Part shown: one piece after another, positions 24,205 to 24,878 of the stretch | How the letters are laid out: every line of letters starts with the position of its first letter | How positions within the stretch are numbered: the stretch's first letter is position 1 | Origin: a virus | Taxonomy: Duplodnaviria; Caudoviricetes | Virus record (IMG/VR): IMGVR_UViG_3300037149_000068 | Location: 1 to 24,878 of that record | Direction: 5' to 3' (one strand) | DNA length: 24,878 bases | Notes under the pieces: model-generated | Seen by the model: only the letters and a program-made list of their open reading frames with translations | Databases searched by the model: none | What the model was told of the DNA's origin: nothing | Made by a program: the position numbers and the translations under genes

Positions 24205-24406
24205 GGGCGTCAGAACCCTGTAAGGCCGGACCCCACCCGTGGTGGGACCCCCTCTCGGGATTCCGGCCGAATACAAAACCCTACAAGGGAAATAGGCCGG
24301 GCCGTAGCCTTACACGGTCTGAACGTCCCGAGTCCAGGGCAGAACCATATGCCTGAGGACTTGAGCCGGCCTTTCCATTCGGCCCTGGCAACTGGGGTCT
24401 GGAGAA
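24205..24406 (+). ncRNA. Structured RNA-like element, copy 2 (family unassigned)
   Basis: Same scaffold as copy 1, 312 nt downstream, with stems preserved by covariation. Confidence 0.78.
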
Positions 24407-24411
24407 CGTAT

Positions 24412-24612
24412 ATGAACCACGCTTTCAGGAAGGCCACCATGGACCCTAGCGCCCATGGATGGCCGGAGGACCCACGGCTACGCATCCCCATTCTTGCCTG
24501 GGTTCTCCGTGACCCGTCCCCTTTTGCACAGAACTATGCCCGTGGGATATGGGATTCCTTCCCCCCGGAGATCCAGGAAGAGTGCAGAACCACCCTGGGG
24601 ATTCACTTGTGA
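24412..24612 (+). CDS. Hypothetical protein (66 aa)
   Basis: ATG 24412 preceded by the GGAG at the 3' end of RNA copy 2. Followed by a terminator-like hairpin. Confidence 0.5.
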   Translation: MNHAFRKATMDPSAHGWPEDPRLRIPILAWVLRDPSPFAQNYARGIWDSFPPEIQEECRTTLGIHL

Positions 24613-24774
24613 CTTTCGGATGTCACAAGTGGACCTATGGCCAGCCCGAATTCCATCCCTGAAAAGGCCATGGCATCCGGGCCTTTTGTTGTGACCCGGC
24701 TGTGACTCTTTTTAGAATCACCGTTCTAAGTGCTTTGTTTGTAATAGCAATGCAGAAGTCACAAGAAGTCACAA
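24608..24774. repeat. Six TGTGAC/GTCACA motifs, candidate integrase arm-type sites
   Basis: TGTGAC at 24608, 24690 and 24701; GTCACA at 24622, 24758 and 24768 (GAAGTCACAA twice in tandem). Adjacent to the tRNA att site. Confidence 0.65.
24662..24690 (+). terminator. Possible intrinsic terminator
   Basis: AAAAGGCC/GGCCTTTT stem followed by GTT. Confidence 0.45.
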
Positions 24775-24788
24775 ACGGGCGTCAGGGC

Positions 24789-24830
24789 AAAAAAGGGAAA
24801 GGCCCGAAACCTAATGGTTTCGGGCCTTTC
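24789..24830 (-). terminator. Intrinsic terminator downstream of the tRNA
   Basis: Perfect 15-bp stem GAAAGGCCCGAAACC/GGTTTCGGGCCTTTC with a 4-nt loop, followed by CCTTTTTT on the minus strand. Confidence 0.88.
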
Positions 24831-24833
24831 TTG

Positions 24834-24878
24834 TGGTGGCTGGATGCGGACTCGAACCGCAGACCTAGGGATTATGAG
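24834..24878 (-). tRNA. 3' half of tRNA with CAT anticodon (Met or Ile2), probable prophage att core; truncated by window end
   Basis: Reverse complement CTCATAATCCCTAGGTCTGCGGTTCGAGTCCGCATCCAGCCACCA shows the anticodon loop, the T-arm TGCGG-TTCGAGT-CCGCA and an encoded CCA. Confidence 0.92.

Larger units (their letters stand above)
1..24878 (+). mobile_element. Lambda-like siphovirus prophage (late region to right end), integrated at a CAT-anticodon tRNA
   Basis: Apparently intact packaging, head, tail and lysis gene set ending at a tRNA 3' end. Confidence 0.95.

Noticed and set aside
24368-24378. 11-nt match GGCCTTTCCAT between the copy 2 variable segment and 4362-4372 near late promoter 1
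   Set aside because: A match this short is expected by chance in a window of this size, and I saw no equivalent match for copy 1.
23893-24406. Known small ribozyme (hammerhead, HDV-like, twister, pistol) or known riboswitch
   Set aside because: CTGANGA occurs only in copy 2. GGCCGGA/TCCGGCC resembles HDV P1, but the L3 and J4/2 elements are missing. GTCCCGAG and AAATAG are isolated look-alike words without the required topology. A formal Rfam search is still needed.
23893-24406. CRISPR array or duplicated protein-coding gene
   Set aside because: Only two long, diverged units and no cas genes. Differences follow base pairing rather than codon position, and the overlapping ORFs lack RBS and consistent homology.
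21495-24600. Complete diversity-generating retroelement or tail-fibre shufflon
   Set aside because: No reverse transcriptase, no template repeat of the fibre tip and no inverted alternative fibre cassettes in the window.
24608-24627. CRP/FNR-type site TGTGA...TCACA
   Set aside because: The spacer is 10 nt rather than 6. It is better explained as part of the TGTGAC repeat set.

Overview
GC-rich window covering the late region and right end of an integrated lambda-like (long non-contractile tail) prophage. Left to right it holds the 3' part of a tyrosine recombinase, a small Mor-like HTH protein, a gpZ-like protein, a cosQ-like packaging region and Nu1/GpA-type terminase. A five-gene lysis cassette (GH108 endolysin, holin- and spanin-like proteins) is inserted between terL and gpW/portal. 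It is followed by a lambda-type portal, a protease-capsid fusion, neck, tail tube, a frameshifted chaperone pair, tape measure, tail-tip and fibre genes, and a permuted NlpC/P60 enzyme. A ~1.4 kb accessory region ends in repeated TGTGAC/GTCACA sites, a terminator and the 3' half of a CAT-anticodon tRNA (probable att site). The most striking observation is a tandem pair of ~200-nt structured RNA-like elements (23893-24095 and 24205-24406). They share about nine compensatory base-pair changes and an equal-length 41-nt divergent segment, and I cannot assign them to a known family. A palindrome plus -10 late-promoter architecture occurs twice, and one lysis protein may be an unusual single-chain spanin. 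Product calls come from motif recognition and synteny only; no searches were run.
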